Of a stretch of DNA of 64,000 nt, positions 50,721-61,034 are shown piece by piece. A model generated the notes under the pieces. The model worked only from the letters and a program-made list of their open reading frames with translations. It did no database searches and was not told the DNA's origin. Source of the DNA: Octopus bimaculoides (taxonomy: Eukaryota); contig NC_068988.1 of assembly GCF_001194135.2 (NCBI RefSeq), positions 24,522,296 to 24,586,295 on the forward strand. The letters run 5' to 3'. The position numbers and the translations under genes are program-made. The stretch's first letter is position 1. Each line of letters opens with the position of its first letter.

Positions 50721-53700
50721 TATATATATACACATATCATCATCATCATCATTGTTTAACATCTGCTTTCCATGCTAGCATGGGTTTGACGATTTGACTG
50801 AGGACTGCTGAACCGGATGGCTGCACCAAGCTCCAATCTGATCTGGCAGAGTTTCCAGCAGGTCATGAGACCACTTAACCTTAGGCCAGCCTTGATCAAG
50901 CAGACCTATGATTAAAAGCATTCTAACCATAGCCACTTTGTTGTGTATCTAGGACTACATTATACAAGGTATCATTTCACTTTCTTAAAGATGGTAAAGC
51001 CTCATTTGATGGACATTTGGCTGTTGTTTCTTGTAAGTGGAGCTTGGTACATAAAGAAAAAGAAAGACATAGACGGGTTGCCTTATGCTGGCTTGCACAA
51101 AGAAATAGTTTATCTTTTTGTTATTTTCTCCAGATTTGGGGATAGAAAAAGCACCGGTAATGGTGCCACGTAAAAAGCGTTCCAGCACACTCTGTAAAGT
51201 GGTTGGCATTAGGACGGGTATCCAGCTGTAGAAACCAAGCTGAAACAGACTACAGAACCTGGTGCAGCCCCTGGCCTTGCCAGTTCCTGTCAAGCTGTCC
51301 GCCCTATGCCAGTATGGAAAATGGACATTAAATAATAATAATAATAATGATGATGGTGGTGGTGACTGCAGCAGTTGTTATTGTATATAATGTATGATTT
51401 TCTTTTTCTTTACAGATACGTGGATTGACTTTGAGTAATTCTGACGTCATACGTCAAGTTCATAATAGTTTCTCTCGGTAAGAATATTTATTTCATTTCC
51501 CTTTTTCTTTTTTTTTTTATCTTTCTTTTTTTTCACTGCCAAAGGAAGAGTGGGAACAGCAATATCTTTTGTAGGGCCTTTGTGATCCATCCATCTTCTC
51601 TCCCTACTCTCTTCCTGAAAGGGTTGTTGGGGTAGAGTTCTCAGGTACCTCCTCCAAAGGTTCTTATTAAAAGCAACTGTCACCAGACGTCCTGACTGTA
51701 TTCCGAAGCACAGACAAATAAGACTATGGGTATTATTGAACCATCTCATTCTTGAGTACCCCTGGGTCTTCTGCCAGTTGGCTGCTCTTGAAGAATCAGT
51801 CTTGGGATTCTTTCTTGTGACAGCCATAGTTCCAGAGCTGTGACTTCTCAGTGTGGAGATGTAGTAGCTCAATCTCGAGAGATTCTGTTGAGTAGCATTA
51901 CTCCGTAGACCTTCTGGAAGAACCTCTTTTTGGCCACTTGTTTTCGCAGTCATACTCCCTTGGTCATTACCCAACATTCATGACCACATGTGAGGATAGG
52001 CATGGAAATTGAACTGAGCATAGAAAATTTGACTTTCTTTACCAATCTCTCCTCATCTGAAGAGCAATTGCTCAAGTTGGTGCGTTATTTTGCAAGCAAC
52101 AGCAGTGCAAGCATTCGGTTCAGCTTCCTACCTTGCATCTCTCATGAATACAGTCCCAGAATGCTTAAACTCTTCCATTTGTTTCAGTGATGTTCCATTA
52201 ACATGCCTTTGTGATTAAGAAATTAATTTGCAAGTTTAGTAGTCATAAGTTTAATCATATTGAGCAATGGACTGCCTCCCTTTTTCTTGGATTGAAAGGC
52301 ATTCGGTCATAAGAGCTGTGCCCAAAATTGGAATGTCTGAGCAATATGTGGTTCTTCGATTTGTCTGGAAGGACACTAATTCTGATTAAGAATTAGCTTG
52401 GACATAATGAACCATTGATCCTATGTCAGCATGGGAAGGCGATGTAAAATGATGTTGTTGTTGATGATGATTGCGAATGATGGTGGTGGTGGTGATTATG
52501 ATGACTGATGATGATGATGGCAGCGGTGGTGGTGGTGATGATGATGACTAAAATGATTGTGATGATGATGACAGCGGTGTTGGTGGTGGTGATGATGATG
52601 ATGGGTGTGGTTTAAACCTTTTAATACCAACCCACCTGAGATTGCCCTTGATTCTGAGACAAACACCCTGTTTTAAAGTGATCTAAATTAAATTAAAACC
52701 TTCNNNNNNNNNNNNNNNNNNNNNNNNNNNNNNNNNNNNNNNNNNNNNNNNNNNNNNNNNNNNNNNNNNNNNNNNNNNNNNNNNNNNNNNNNNNNNNNNN
52801 NNNNNNNNNNNNNNNNNNNNNNNNNNNNNNNNNNNNNNNNNNNNNNNNNNNNNNNNNNNNNNNNNNNNNNNNNNNNNNNNNNNNNNNNNNNNNNNNNNNN
52901 NNNNNNNNNNNNNNNNNNNNNNNNNNNNNNNNNNNNNNNNNNNNNNNNNNNNNNNNNNNNNNNNNNNNNNNNNNNNNNNNNNNNNNNNNNNNNNNNNNNN
53001 NNNNNNNNNNNNNNNNNNNNNNNNNNNNNNNNNNNNNNNNNNNNNNNNNNNNNNNNNNNNNNNNNNNNNNNNNNNNNNNNNNNNNNNNNNNNNNNNNNNN
53101 NNNNNNNNNNNNNNNNNNNNNNNNNNNNNNNNNNNNNNNNNNNNNNNNNNNNNNNNNNNNNNNNNNNNNNNNNNNNNNNNNNNNNNNNNNNNNNNNNNNN
53201 NNNNNNNNNNNNNNNNNNNNNNNNNNNNNNNNNNNNNNNNNNNNNNNNNNNNNNNNNNNNNNNNNNNNNNNNNNNNNNNNNNNNNNNNNNNNNNNNNNNN
53301 NNNNNNNNNNNNNNNNNNNNNNNNNNNNNNNNNNNNNNNNNNNNNNNNNNNNNNNNNNNNNNNNNNNNNNNNNNNNNNNNNNNNNNNNNNNNNNNNNNNN
53401 NNNNNNNNNNNNNNNNNNNNNNNNNNNNNNNNNNNNNNNNNNNNNNNNNNNNNNNNNNNNNNNNNNNNNNNNNNNNNNNNNNNNNNNNNNNNNNNNNNNN
53501 NNNNNNNNNGTATGTGTATATGTTTTTTGTAAGCCTAGTACTTATTCTATCGGTCTCTTTTGCCAAACCGCTTATTCAATCGGTCTCTTATGCCGAACCA
53601 TAAACACACCAGCATCGGTTGTCAAGCAATGTTGGGGGGACAAACACAAACATACACACACACATATATACAACGGGCTTCTTTTAGTTTCTGTCTACCA

Positions 53701-56700
53701 AATCCACTTAGAAGGCTTTGGTCAGCTTGAGGCTATAGTAGAAGACACTTGCTCAAGGTGCTACGCAGTGGGACTGAACTCTGAACCATGTGGTTGGTAA
53801 GCAAGCTACTTACCGCACAGTGACTCCTGTGCCTATGTGTATAATATTTATGTGTAATAAATGTCCGCTAGGAGACACCATATAACTGTATTGATATTCC
53901 CAGAATTATTCCCAATTTCATCTGCATCCCTACCTCGTTAATGTTTACCTTTTAAATTGTTTTATTTGCCAGGTGTTGTTGATGAGAATGCTGATTGGCT
54001 TGATGTTGTTAGACCTGTTATTGAGAAACGGATTCAGAAGTAGGTATTATTTTTAGCCATCCTCGTTGTCGTTTTAACACCTACTTTTCTGAGTAAGATG
54101 GATTTCAATGAAACTAATTTTCCACGGCTGGATGCTCTTCCTGTCGCCAACTTTTACGTGTTTCCAAAGCAAGGTGATACTTCCACAGGGTCAGACATGT
54201 TTCCACAATAATGGAAAGGAATGACATCATTTATTTACAACAGTCATGTGATGTCAAAACAAAGAGGCACAAACATACACATAGAAATATACCCACACAT
54301 GCATGAAAGATGGACGTTAAATAATGATGATGATCATCATCGTTTAACGTCTGCCTTCCGAGCTAGCATGGGTTGGACAATTTGACTGAGGACTGGGGAA
54401 ACCAGATGGCTACACCAGGCTCCAATCTGATTTGGCAGAGTTTCTACAGCTGGATGCCCTTCCTAAGGCCAACCACTCCGAGAGTGTAGCGGGTGCTTTC
54501 ACGTGCCACCGGCACGAGGGCCAGTCAGGCAGTACTGGCAACGGCCACGCTCAAAAAGGTGTTTTTTACGTGCTGCCTACACAGGAGCCAGTCTAGCGGC
54601 ATTGGCAATGACCTCACTCGAATGGTTTATATTAAATAGCTGACCAGTAGGCCATGCTTGTATATATTTACGGAAACCACAGGTCTCTCATAAATAGAAT
54701 GCTCCATTTTTTTTTTTAGCAGGTCATGGGCCAACAGGTTTTTGGGATCTGCCGATATGCCAAAATGCTAAACCCTTTATGGATGGGAAACCTAAGTTAA
54801 TCCCATAAGCCAGAATTCCCCATTTTTAATATATACTGCTTTACATCTTAGAGTGTGCTTCCTCTTTCAGATTTATATTTTCTATAAATGATATATATAT
54901 GTAATGGCATTGACCAATCTCTTGGATGTTGTTACACCTTGCCAGTCACAATGCTGTATTCCATGCCTCATTTTTATCCCAACTGACTACTTCCCTATGT
55001 CATAGCTATATTTCTGATATCACATTTTCCATTCCCAGCTGTCTTTACACTTACTGCTTCTCTTAAAAAGTGTAATATGTAAACCTTTACTTTCTATATC
55101 TGTTACATCCAGGTATCACAATGATGAAATCCACTTTAATTTGATGGCCATTGTCTCAGATCGCAAAATGCTATACGAGCGCAAGATGAAAGATTTTGAG
55201 GTTTGCTTTATGTTTGTACCTTTAATTTTATATCTACATGTGTGTTAGTATGGAGAAATTTAATCGGTGCAGTGAGGGTTAGCATCTGTCTTAGACCCAC
55301 CAATGTGTGAACATACCCTGATAACATGTGAACCAATTCCTTGATGGGAGATTAACAAAGTACACTTTATATAAACCAGTGTAATCAGTGGAAAACAACT
55401 GTCCTGTCTTTCCCAAGAAAACCACGAATGGGCAACCTGTTATCTCCACAGTTTTGCTGGTCTTTCCTGATCAGTGTTTCTAACTCGTTTCTGTTTTTCC
55501 ATTGATGGGTTGGGGACAGAAAAACTACATTATGAAATAACATTTTTAGTGGACTTTGCGGCAAAAAAAATCAGATCAAAGTTAAATATCATCAGTTTAT
55601 AGTATGGCTGTGACGTAGCTCAAGGGAAAATTTGGAGCAACAATATAATAATCTTGATAATATATTACGAATGAGTTATATAACCATTGTTTGCCATTGC
55701 TAGAGTTCTGCCATGGAGACTGATGATATCGGTAGTGAGATAAGCAGACTCCAGATGTTGATACAGGAAGAAGAACAAAAGATGGCACGTTACAAAGTAA
55801 GTGCTTTATTTTATTTTTATTTTGTTTTTATTTGCTGAAAGGCTATTTATTTTGTTTTCTTTTTCTCATTTGTCTTTTAGCTTTTGCATGTTTCAGTCAT
55901 TAGACTGTGGCCATACTGAAGGCTTAGTAGATCAAATTAACCCTAGTACNNNNNNNNNNNNNNNNNNNNNNNNNNNNNNNNNNNNNNNNNNNNNNNNNNN
56001 NNNNNNNNNNNNNNNNNNNNNNNNNNNNNNNNNNNNNNNNNNNNNNNNNNNNNNNNNNNNNNNNNNNNNNNNNNNNNNNNNNNNNNNNNNNNNNNNNNNN
56101 NNNNNNNNNNNNNNNNNNNNNNNNNNNNNNNNNNNNNNNNNNNNNNNNNNNNNNNNNNNNNNNNNNNNNNNNNNNNNNNNNNNNNNNNNNNNNNNNNNNN
56201 NNNNNNNNNNNNNNNNNNNNNNNNNNNNNNNNNNNTCAGTTTGGAGCTATAGTAAATGACACTTGCCCAAGGTGCCACACAATGGGACTGAACCCAGAGC
56301 CATATGGTTGCAAAGCAAACTTCTTACCACACAGCCATTTGTGTATGTTCATTCATGTATCAGAATAGAGCAGATTCAACACATACAGTCATAGCAATCA
56401 CCATAAATCCACCGTGCGAGACTTCCTTGTAATGATGAAGGGTCAATGGGAGGGGGGGGCGGTCATTTTTCTTTTTCCTTTTATTTTATTTTTTTTTTTT
56501 TGTCATATTTTAAAAATACAAATCAGTTCTGAATTCTTGAGAGTGGTAAATTCTTTTTTTTATTTTTATTTCCGTTTTTGTCCACATTGGAATTCTGTTT
56601 AAGCATGTCCACTGGTCCTGTCTTTTCAGATTGAAAACATCCGTCGCAAACACAACTACCTACCTTTTATAGTGGAACTGTTGAAGTGTCTGGCCAAAGA

Positions 56701-57127
56701 GGAGAAATTAGTACCTTTAGTAGAGAAGGTAACCTTTTGACTCGCTACCGTGCCTACTACTCATAGTTTTGTGTTTACTACATGTGCATGAAACTATATA
56801 GGTATTCTGTTACTCATGTTCTACCCTTGTAAGCATATGCATGTTGCTATGTATGTAAATAGGTATCTGAATGCATTAACCCATTAACTTTTGAAAAAAA
56901 GCCCCATCCAGCCAAAATATTGCACATGTTCAAACTGCCAGATCTGGCCCGTCGTACCTATCCTACAATGTCAACCCCAAAGTTAAACAATCACACCATT
57001 GAAATTTCAAAGGTTTCTCTGCTTTGTGAGGTACCTCTGGTGTTGTCCCTTTGAGCTCTGGGGTCGATGTAGCCATCTATATTTCTCCCTCAAAATTTCA
57101 TGCCTTGTGCCTATAAAAGAAAGGATG

Positions 57128-57166
<39 letters not shown>

Positions 57167-58189
57167 GACATCGCACAGTATACAATATCATGAAGTTGTT
57201 GATTGAAGATATTGTGTCTGCCAAAGGGGTTTGTACCGTTTGTAAAGTCACAACAAGGACCTCAGACAGACAGTACTTTATGCAATATGCATGAAGTTCC
57301 AAGTAATGCCAAATTTTGCAATTGTTGTTGTTGCTGTTAGCACACCTGGTAAAATGCTTAGCAGTATTTCGCCTCTCGCTGTGTTCTGAATTCATATTCC
57401 ACCAAGATTGGCTTTGCCTCTCGTCCTTTTGGAGGTCAATAAATTAAGTACCTGTGAAACACTGGGGTCAATATAATCGATCAGTCCCCTCTCCCAATAT
57501 TTCAGGCCTTGTGGCTATAGGAGAAAGGATTATTATTATGTACTGGCACTCGTGCCAGTGGCATGTGAACAAAACATTGAACTGACTCCTGTACAGGTGG
57601 CACGTAAAAAAAACACCATTTGAGCATGGCCGTTGCCAGTACTGCTGGACTGGCCCTTGTGCCAGTGACACATAAAAAAGCACCCACTACACTCTTGTAG
57701 TGGTTGGCGTTAGGAAGGGCATCCAGCTGTAGAAACTCTGCCAGATCAGATTGGAGTCTGGTGTAGCCATCTGGTTCGCCAGTCCCCAGTCAAATTGTCC
57801 AACCCATGCTAGCATGGAAAGCGGACGCTAAATGGTGATGATAATGGTGATTGTTGTTATTAAGGTGGCAGACTTGTTAACATGCTGGGCAAGATGCTTA
57901 GTGGCATTTTGTCAGTCCTTATGTTTTGAGTTCAAATTCTACCAAGGTCAACTTAGCCTTTCATCCTTTTGGAGTTGATGAAAAAGGTGCCAGACAAGTA
58001 CTGGGATCAATATAATCGACTGTCCCCGTCCTCCAATTTCAGGCCTTGTGTTTATAGTAAAAAGGATTATTATTATTATTATTCTCCTCCTCTTCTGCTC
58101 ATTTTTAGCCATGATTCACTCTCAGTCTGTTTTGTGTGCGTTTACAGGCCAAGGAAAAGGCTGCAAAGAAGAAGGAAGTGAAGGCTTGA
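33594..58189 (+). CDS. UCHL5: Ubiquitin carboxyl-terminal hydrolase isozyme L5 (UCH37), spliced gene; 10 visible coding exons plus one inferred exon in a gap
   Basis: Manual splicing gives [145 protein letters not shown]-[missing exon][129 protein letters not shown]. This has the UCH motifs ([22 protein letters not shown]) and the UCHL5-type C-terminal ULD ([12 protein letters not shown]) and KEK tail. Confidence 0.97.
34249..34310. repeat. Perfect 62-bp spacerless palindrome
   Basis: taaatggagtaaaacgcatatgttaaatgaa|ttcatttaacatatgcgttttactccattta (31+31, no mismatch). Confidence 0.95.
34653..34812. repeat. Inverted repeat / MITE-like element, 41-bp arms (38/41), 78-bp spacer
   Basis: tatatagtcatagggaaaagaaccaaggtctatgaactcat ... 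atgagttcataaaccttggttcttttccctaatactatata. Confidence 0.9.
35545..35680 (+). mobile_element. Probable 5' end of a hAT-type non-autonomous element
   Basis: Starts CAGGGGTTCCCAACC, a typical hAT terminal. Confidence 0.4.
35731..35839. repeat. 22-bp unit present as an inverted pair plus a third direct copy
   Basis: ggaggtaaagaatacgcacacc (35731-52), inverse at 35782-803 (20/22), direct copy at 35812-39. Confidence 0.85.
36529..36808. repeat. Fold-back element, about 118-bp arms, 44-bp spacer
   Basis: catagcaagtgacctgatctgagat...acatttaa / ttaaatgt...atctcagatcaggtcacttgctatg. Confidence 0.93.
36906..37114. repeat. MITE-like element with perfect 23-bp terminal inverted repeats
   Basis: agttttaacagttttgtgacaac ... 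gttgtcacaaaactgttaaaact. Confidence 0.85.
38282..38606 (+). mobile_element. tRNA-headed SINE-like element with hammerhead-like motif, copy 1, with inverted 5' tail piece and 13-bp TSD
   Basis: TSD aaagattgaagat (38282-38294) / aaagattgcagat (38594-38606); inverted tail 38296-38346; tRNA-like head from about 38347 (B-box GTTCGATTCC); CTGATGA 38514-38520 and GAAACG 38542-38547. Confidence 0.8.
38507..38554 (+). ncRNA. Penelope-type minimal (type I) hammerhead ribozyme motif, decayed
   Basis: aagacac-CTGATGA-a-cgctg-gagggtatat-cagac-GAAA-cgtgttaac. The core is intact; stem II has 2 mismatches and the stem I 3' strand has a 3-nt deletion relative to copy 2. Confidence 0.6.
38983..39197 (+). mobile_element. 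SINE family A
   Basis: Near-consensus head and core. Confidence 0.9.
40330..40715 (+). mobile_element. Probable 3' end of a hAT (Charlie-like) element
   Basis: Ends ...gattttacatggaccccggttgagaaccac, a typical hAT terminal GGTTGAGAACCAC. Confidence 0.45.
41580..41915 (+). mobile_element. SINE family D (tRNA head plus V/CORE-like gttcttgagtaagacact)
   Basis: A-box tggctcagtgg, B-box gagttcaattcc; related copies at 40912-41165 (+), 150-275 (-), 59490-59645 (-). Confidence 0.8.
42185..42836 (+). mobile_element. hAT transposon remnant
   Basis: hAT-like terminal agtggtggatttataagggc...ggcccc and [22 protein letters not shown] (K.LSDTRWSAR.DA..AL motif). Further hAT-like pieces may extend to about 44350 ([11 protein letters not shown]). 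Confidence 0.6.
44470..44650 (-). mobile_element. SINE family A (diverged)
   Basis: Reverse match to core and B-box. Confidence 0.75.
45503..45745 (+). mobile_element. SINE family B (head to internal microsatellite)
   Basis: ggagtggctgtgtggtaagcagcttgc...ggttcagtccc (B-box) actgcgtggcaccttgggcaagtgtc; further heads at 49036-49085, 50050-50205 and 46335-46465 (-). Confidence 0.9.
46168..46330 (-). mobile_element. Mariner-like non-autonomous repeat (copy B)
   Basis: Homologous to 3705-3870. Confidence 0.55.
46533..46596 (+). CDS. UCHL5: UCHL5 coding exon 2 (64 nt)
   Basis: ttcttctcacag|GT GTC AAA...TTA AA|gtaagg; [22 protein letters not shown]. Confidence 0.96.
47050..47155 (+). CDS. UCHL5: UCHL5 coding exon 3 (106 nt)
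   Basis: tgttgcag|A CCT GTC...AAA CAA|gtaagt; [35 protein letters not shown], includes the oxyanion-hole Gln. Confidence 0.97.
49256..49381 (+). CDS. UCHL5: UCHL5 coding exon 4 (126 nt)
   Basis: cctgcag|GTA ATC AAC AAC GCA TGT...CCA GCT|gtaagt; [18 protein letters not shown]..., includes the catalytic Cys. Confidence 0.97.
51416..51477 (+). CDS. UCHL5: UCHL5 coding exon 5 (62 nt, ends phase 2)
   Basis: ttctttacag|ATA CGT GGA...TCT CG|gtaaga; [21 protein letters not shown]. Confidence 0.96.
51600..52200 (-). mobile_element. RTE/RTEX-like LINE 3' fragment in the UCHL5 intron after exon 5
   Basis: Minus strand [14 protein letters not shown]..., EKSQLWNYG..., matching the P.LTYGHESWVMT / ERSQLRWFGH pattern, frameshifted. 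Confidence 0.7.
52704..53509. other. Assembly gap predicted to hide UCHL5 exon 6
   Basis: 806 N; the only uncalled sequence between exons 5 and 7, whose phases are incompatible. Confidence 0.8.
53520..53832 (-). mobile_element. SINE family B, near full length
   Basis: Reverse complement of head and body; another copy spans the gap at 55892-56340. Confidence 0.88.
53973..54039 (+). CDS. UCHL5: UCHL5 coding exon 7 (67 nt; starts phase 1)
   Basis: tttgccag|GT GTT GTT GAT...CAG AA|gtaggt; [23 protein letters not shown]. Confidence 0.95.
54325..54625 (-). mobile_element. Family C repeat (LINE 3'-end-like, ggatgcccttcct..gccaacc motif, (ATG)n tail)
   Basis: Copies at 37690-37890 (+), 50735-50860 (-), 51150-51350 (+), 57540-57845 (+). 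Confidence 0.85.
55113..55200 (+). CDS. UCHL5: UCHL5 coding exon 8 (88 nt)
   Basis: acatccag|G TAT CAC...TTT GAG|gtttgc; [29 protein letters not shown]. Confidence 0.95.
55704..55796 (+). CDS. UCHL5: UCHL5 coding exon 9 (93 nt)
   Basis: cattgctag|AGT TCT GCC ATG...TAC AAA|gtaagt; [31 protein letters not shown]. Confidence 0.93.
56630..56728 (+). CDS. UCHL5: UCHL5 coding exon 10 (99 nt)
   Basis: tcttttcag|ATT GAA AAC...GAG AAG|gtaacc; [33 protein letters not shown]. Confidence 0.97.
57340..58070 (+). mobile_element. Repeat cluster in the last UCHL5 intron: SINE A (57340-57530), family C (57540-57845), SINE A (57862-58070)
   Basis: Each part matches other copies in the window. Confidence 0.85.
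58148..58189 (+). CDS. UCHL5: UCHL5 terminal coding exon 11 (42 nt to stop)
   Basis: gcgtttacag|GCC AAG GAA AAG...GCT TGA; [13 protein letters not shown], a KEK-type tail. Confidence 0.92.
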   Translation, partial: AKEKAAKKKEVKA

Positions 58190-58662
58190 TATCAGCTACC
58201 CTTAATCTATCCTACTTTAATCATTCACCTGTTGGTGTTCATTAGTAAAAGGTAAAATATTCTGTTAACAATCTGTTGCGATCAACTTCAGTCATTATTT
58301 AATCATTATAGTGTTTCTAATTATTATCATTGCAGTGTTCAATATCTATTCAGAATAAGTACCCAACTTTGAAAACAAATAAGTATTGGGCCTGTACTGC
58401 TCTCCTGGGGGTGGTGGAACGATTCAGGGGGGTGCGATAATGGAGTGGTTAAAAAGAGGTGATGGATGTTTTAATAATGGGTTAATTAGGTGGAGTTCTA
58501 TTTGTGAGATGCAGTTGTTGTGAATTTGTTTCAGTTAGTAGTAGTGGTGGTGGTGATGGTGACGGCAGTCTAATGACTGCAATAAGCAAGAGATAAAATG
58601 ATATGTGTTATGGTTTTGTTGTTGTTTAGACTAAGGTTAACTGGTCATTTATCAAAACTATT

Positions 58663-59037
58663 ATGAAAGGCATTATTTACAACTGACTGATATTTTTCCT
58701 CATCTTGTTTGTTGTTAACACAACCTTTTGGCTAATAAACCCTCCAGCCTTTTTCATATGCCCACGGGCATATAGCGTAGTGGTTAAGAGCGCGGGCTAC
58801 TAACCCCAAGATTCCAATTAGTGACCTGAACAATAATAATAATAACATCGAAAAATACCTTAGGAATGAGAACCCAGATTTGAAATTTCCCCAAGACGCC
58901 TAATGAAGGCTGGAGGGTATATCAGCCAAAACATTGTGTTAACAACAAACAAGATGAGGGCAAATATCCGTCGAATGTAAATAATGTGCATAATTCCTCA
59001 TCTCTTAAATATAGACCTGTATAATGAAAGGCATTAT
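58663..59037 (+). mobile_element. tRNA-headed SINE-like element with hammerhead-like motif, copy 2, with inverted 5' segment and 14-bp TSD
   Basis: Perfect TSD atgaaaggcattat (58663-58676 / 59024-59037); inverted stem-II+tail segment about 58677-58751; head from 58766 (gggcatatagcgtagtggttaagagcgc); motif 58893-58943. Confidence 0.8.
58893..58943 (+). ncRNA. Penelope-type minimal hammerhead ribozyme motif, decayed
   Basis: aagacgc-CTAATGA-a-ggctg-gagggtatat-cagcc-AAAA-cattgtgttaac. Stem II is perfect; the core has G>A changes, two of them (cc-GAAA and GAAA-cg) consistent with CpG decay. Confidence 0.55.
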
Positions 59038-61034
59038 GACTATAATCTGTTCACGGATACATAGGACTATGATGGTAGGAGTGTGAAATGATGGAGATTT
59101 GTGGCAAGTCGAGCGACGTCGCATAGAAAAGCACGGTCCTATTTCAATTATTTATAACATTTTGTAGATCCGAAGAAAAAAAAAAGCTTAGTACAACTAT
59201 TTGATCCCATTCGTGGAATTAATCAAGGGTGTTGAAGAGTAGCCTCCCTTTTATATATTCTTGCGTGTGGCATAGAAAAACTGAAGAGTCACTGCAAGTC
59301 TGTTAATCTGAGAAGGGAATATTTTAATTAGAATCATAATTAACTGATGCTCCTGTACCAAAGACTGCGTCATGCCCCAATGCTTGCTTTGACAGGGTTT
59401 CTATGCTTAAAACTAAAAAGGTCACTTTCTCGAGTCATACTGAATCATAAGGTCCAGTTTCCCAACTTATGTATTACCCCCCCCCCTAGAAAGAATGCTG
59501 GGTCATCTCTAGATTACTCATTTTTGCCAGCTGAGTGGACAGGAGCAATTTCAAATAAAGCATTTTGCTTAAGAATACATCCCCTCACCCAGTCTATGAA
59601 TTGAAACCACAATCTTACTATCATAAATCCAATACCACTTGGCTGGGTCCCCTTTTTTTATGCTGATGATTGTATAGCATGTATTCAACGCTTTTTTTCG
59701 TTCCACTGGCACTAGTGAGACCCTCATGCAGTTTGCAAGACTACGAACCTCACACTGCTTTATGCTAGGAGAGAAAGGGGTTAAAATATGAGAAACGGTG
59801 GGCAGATCTGGTTCTTACCTGAACCGTTATTGTAATATAACTTTAGTTACATTTAACCTGTTTCTTTAAACGCTCTCTCTTTCTCTGTTCTTTTACAGGG
59901 CTGTGTCTTGTTCTTAATGACCACATCCACCGATGCTGTTCTTCGTCAACTGTATATGTTTTCCATTTTCAACACCAAGTATTTGATGTTTTCATATATT
60001 AATAAACATTTGACAATATCATCCAATCATTCATTCTTTATTTATTATTACATCAACAGACAAACTATCACACTTAGCTGTTCTCCTTATTGCATAAACT
60101 GATTGAACCTTTGGAGGCTAATGATTCTGCCAGCTTATTTTTACAGAATATTGGGAACGAATGGCACAACTTGTATGGCAGCGACAATCCTTTACAACAA
60201 TCACACATACAAACACTTATACTCACGCCCCTATATATATATATATATATATTGATAGAAAAGGTAAGACAACAAAAGAAAGANNNNNNNNNNTAAATAG
60301 AGGAATTTATCTGTAAATGATATGACAATTATTCGGTATATATATATATTGTAAAGTAAGCACTGGCAAAATATAGCGAGCAAGAAAACTTGTAATGAAT
60401 TAAGGCTATACTTATTAAGAACTCAATCATTATTGATCTACTTATTAAAATGAGTAAATAGGACAATTCCATACTGAAATATTAATTACAATCTTTAAGA
60501 AATGATCTTTCAGTTTGATGTGATCTCCGTCAGTCAGTAACAATAAGGACATGTTATGTTGTACGATTGAATTTCGTTAGTGAAGCAGAGGTTTCAGTCA
60601 TTGCCAAATCCGTATTATGGGATTACTATACGCCCGTATCACAATTCGGAAATGTTCGTGTGACAACATAACACAATGAGCGAAGGTGATTAGCAAGGGA
60701 CGTCATCTGCAAGAAAGTATATTGTAAAATAAGTATTAACTGATTGAATGAAAAAAAGAATGATCAAGAGATAAGGCTTAAACATAGATAAGAAACAAGG
60801 GGGACAACTCCTTATCTTATAACAATCGAGATAGATGGACTAATGAGATCTTCCTTGGTGTTATATATTATGTGGCTCCAATATACAGCGCTCTCCATCA
60901 CCGCAGTCGATGTAATGTTCACGTTTCTATGCTTACACGGAAAAGTCGACATAATTTCCATTACTAAGGTAGATTTTTCACCTGTTTTCAAGCAAGGTAA
61001 TAGTTCCCCGTGGCTAGACATATTCTTTTCTACT

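Noticed and set aside
33594-58189. UCHL5 as a pseudogene because exon 5 to exon 7 is out of frame
   Set aside because: All ten visible exons are intact with canonical splice sites, and an 806-N gap lies where the missing exon belongs.
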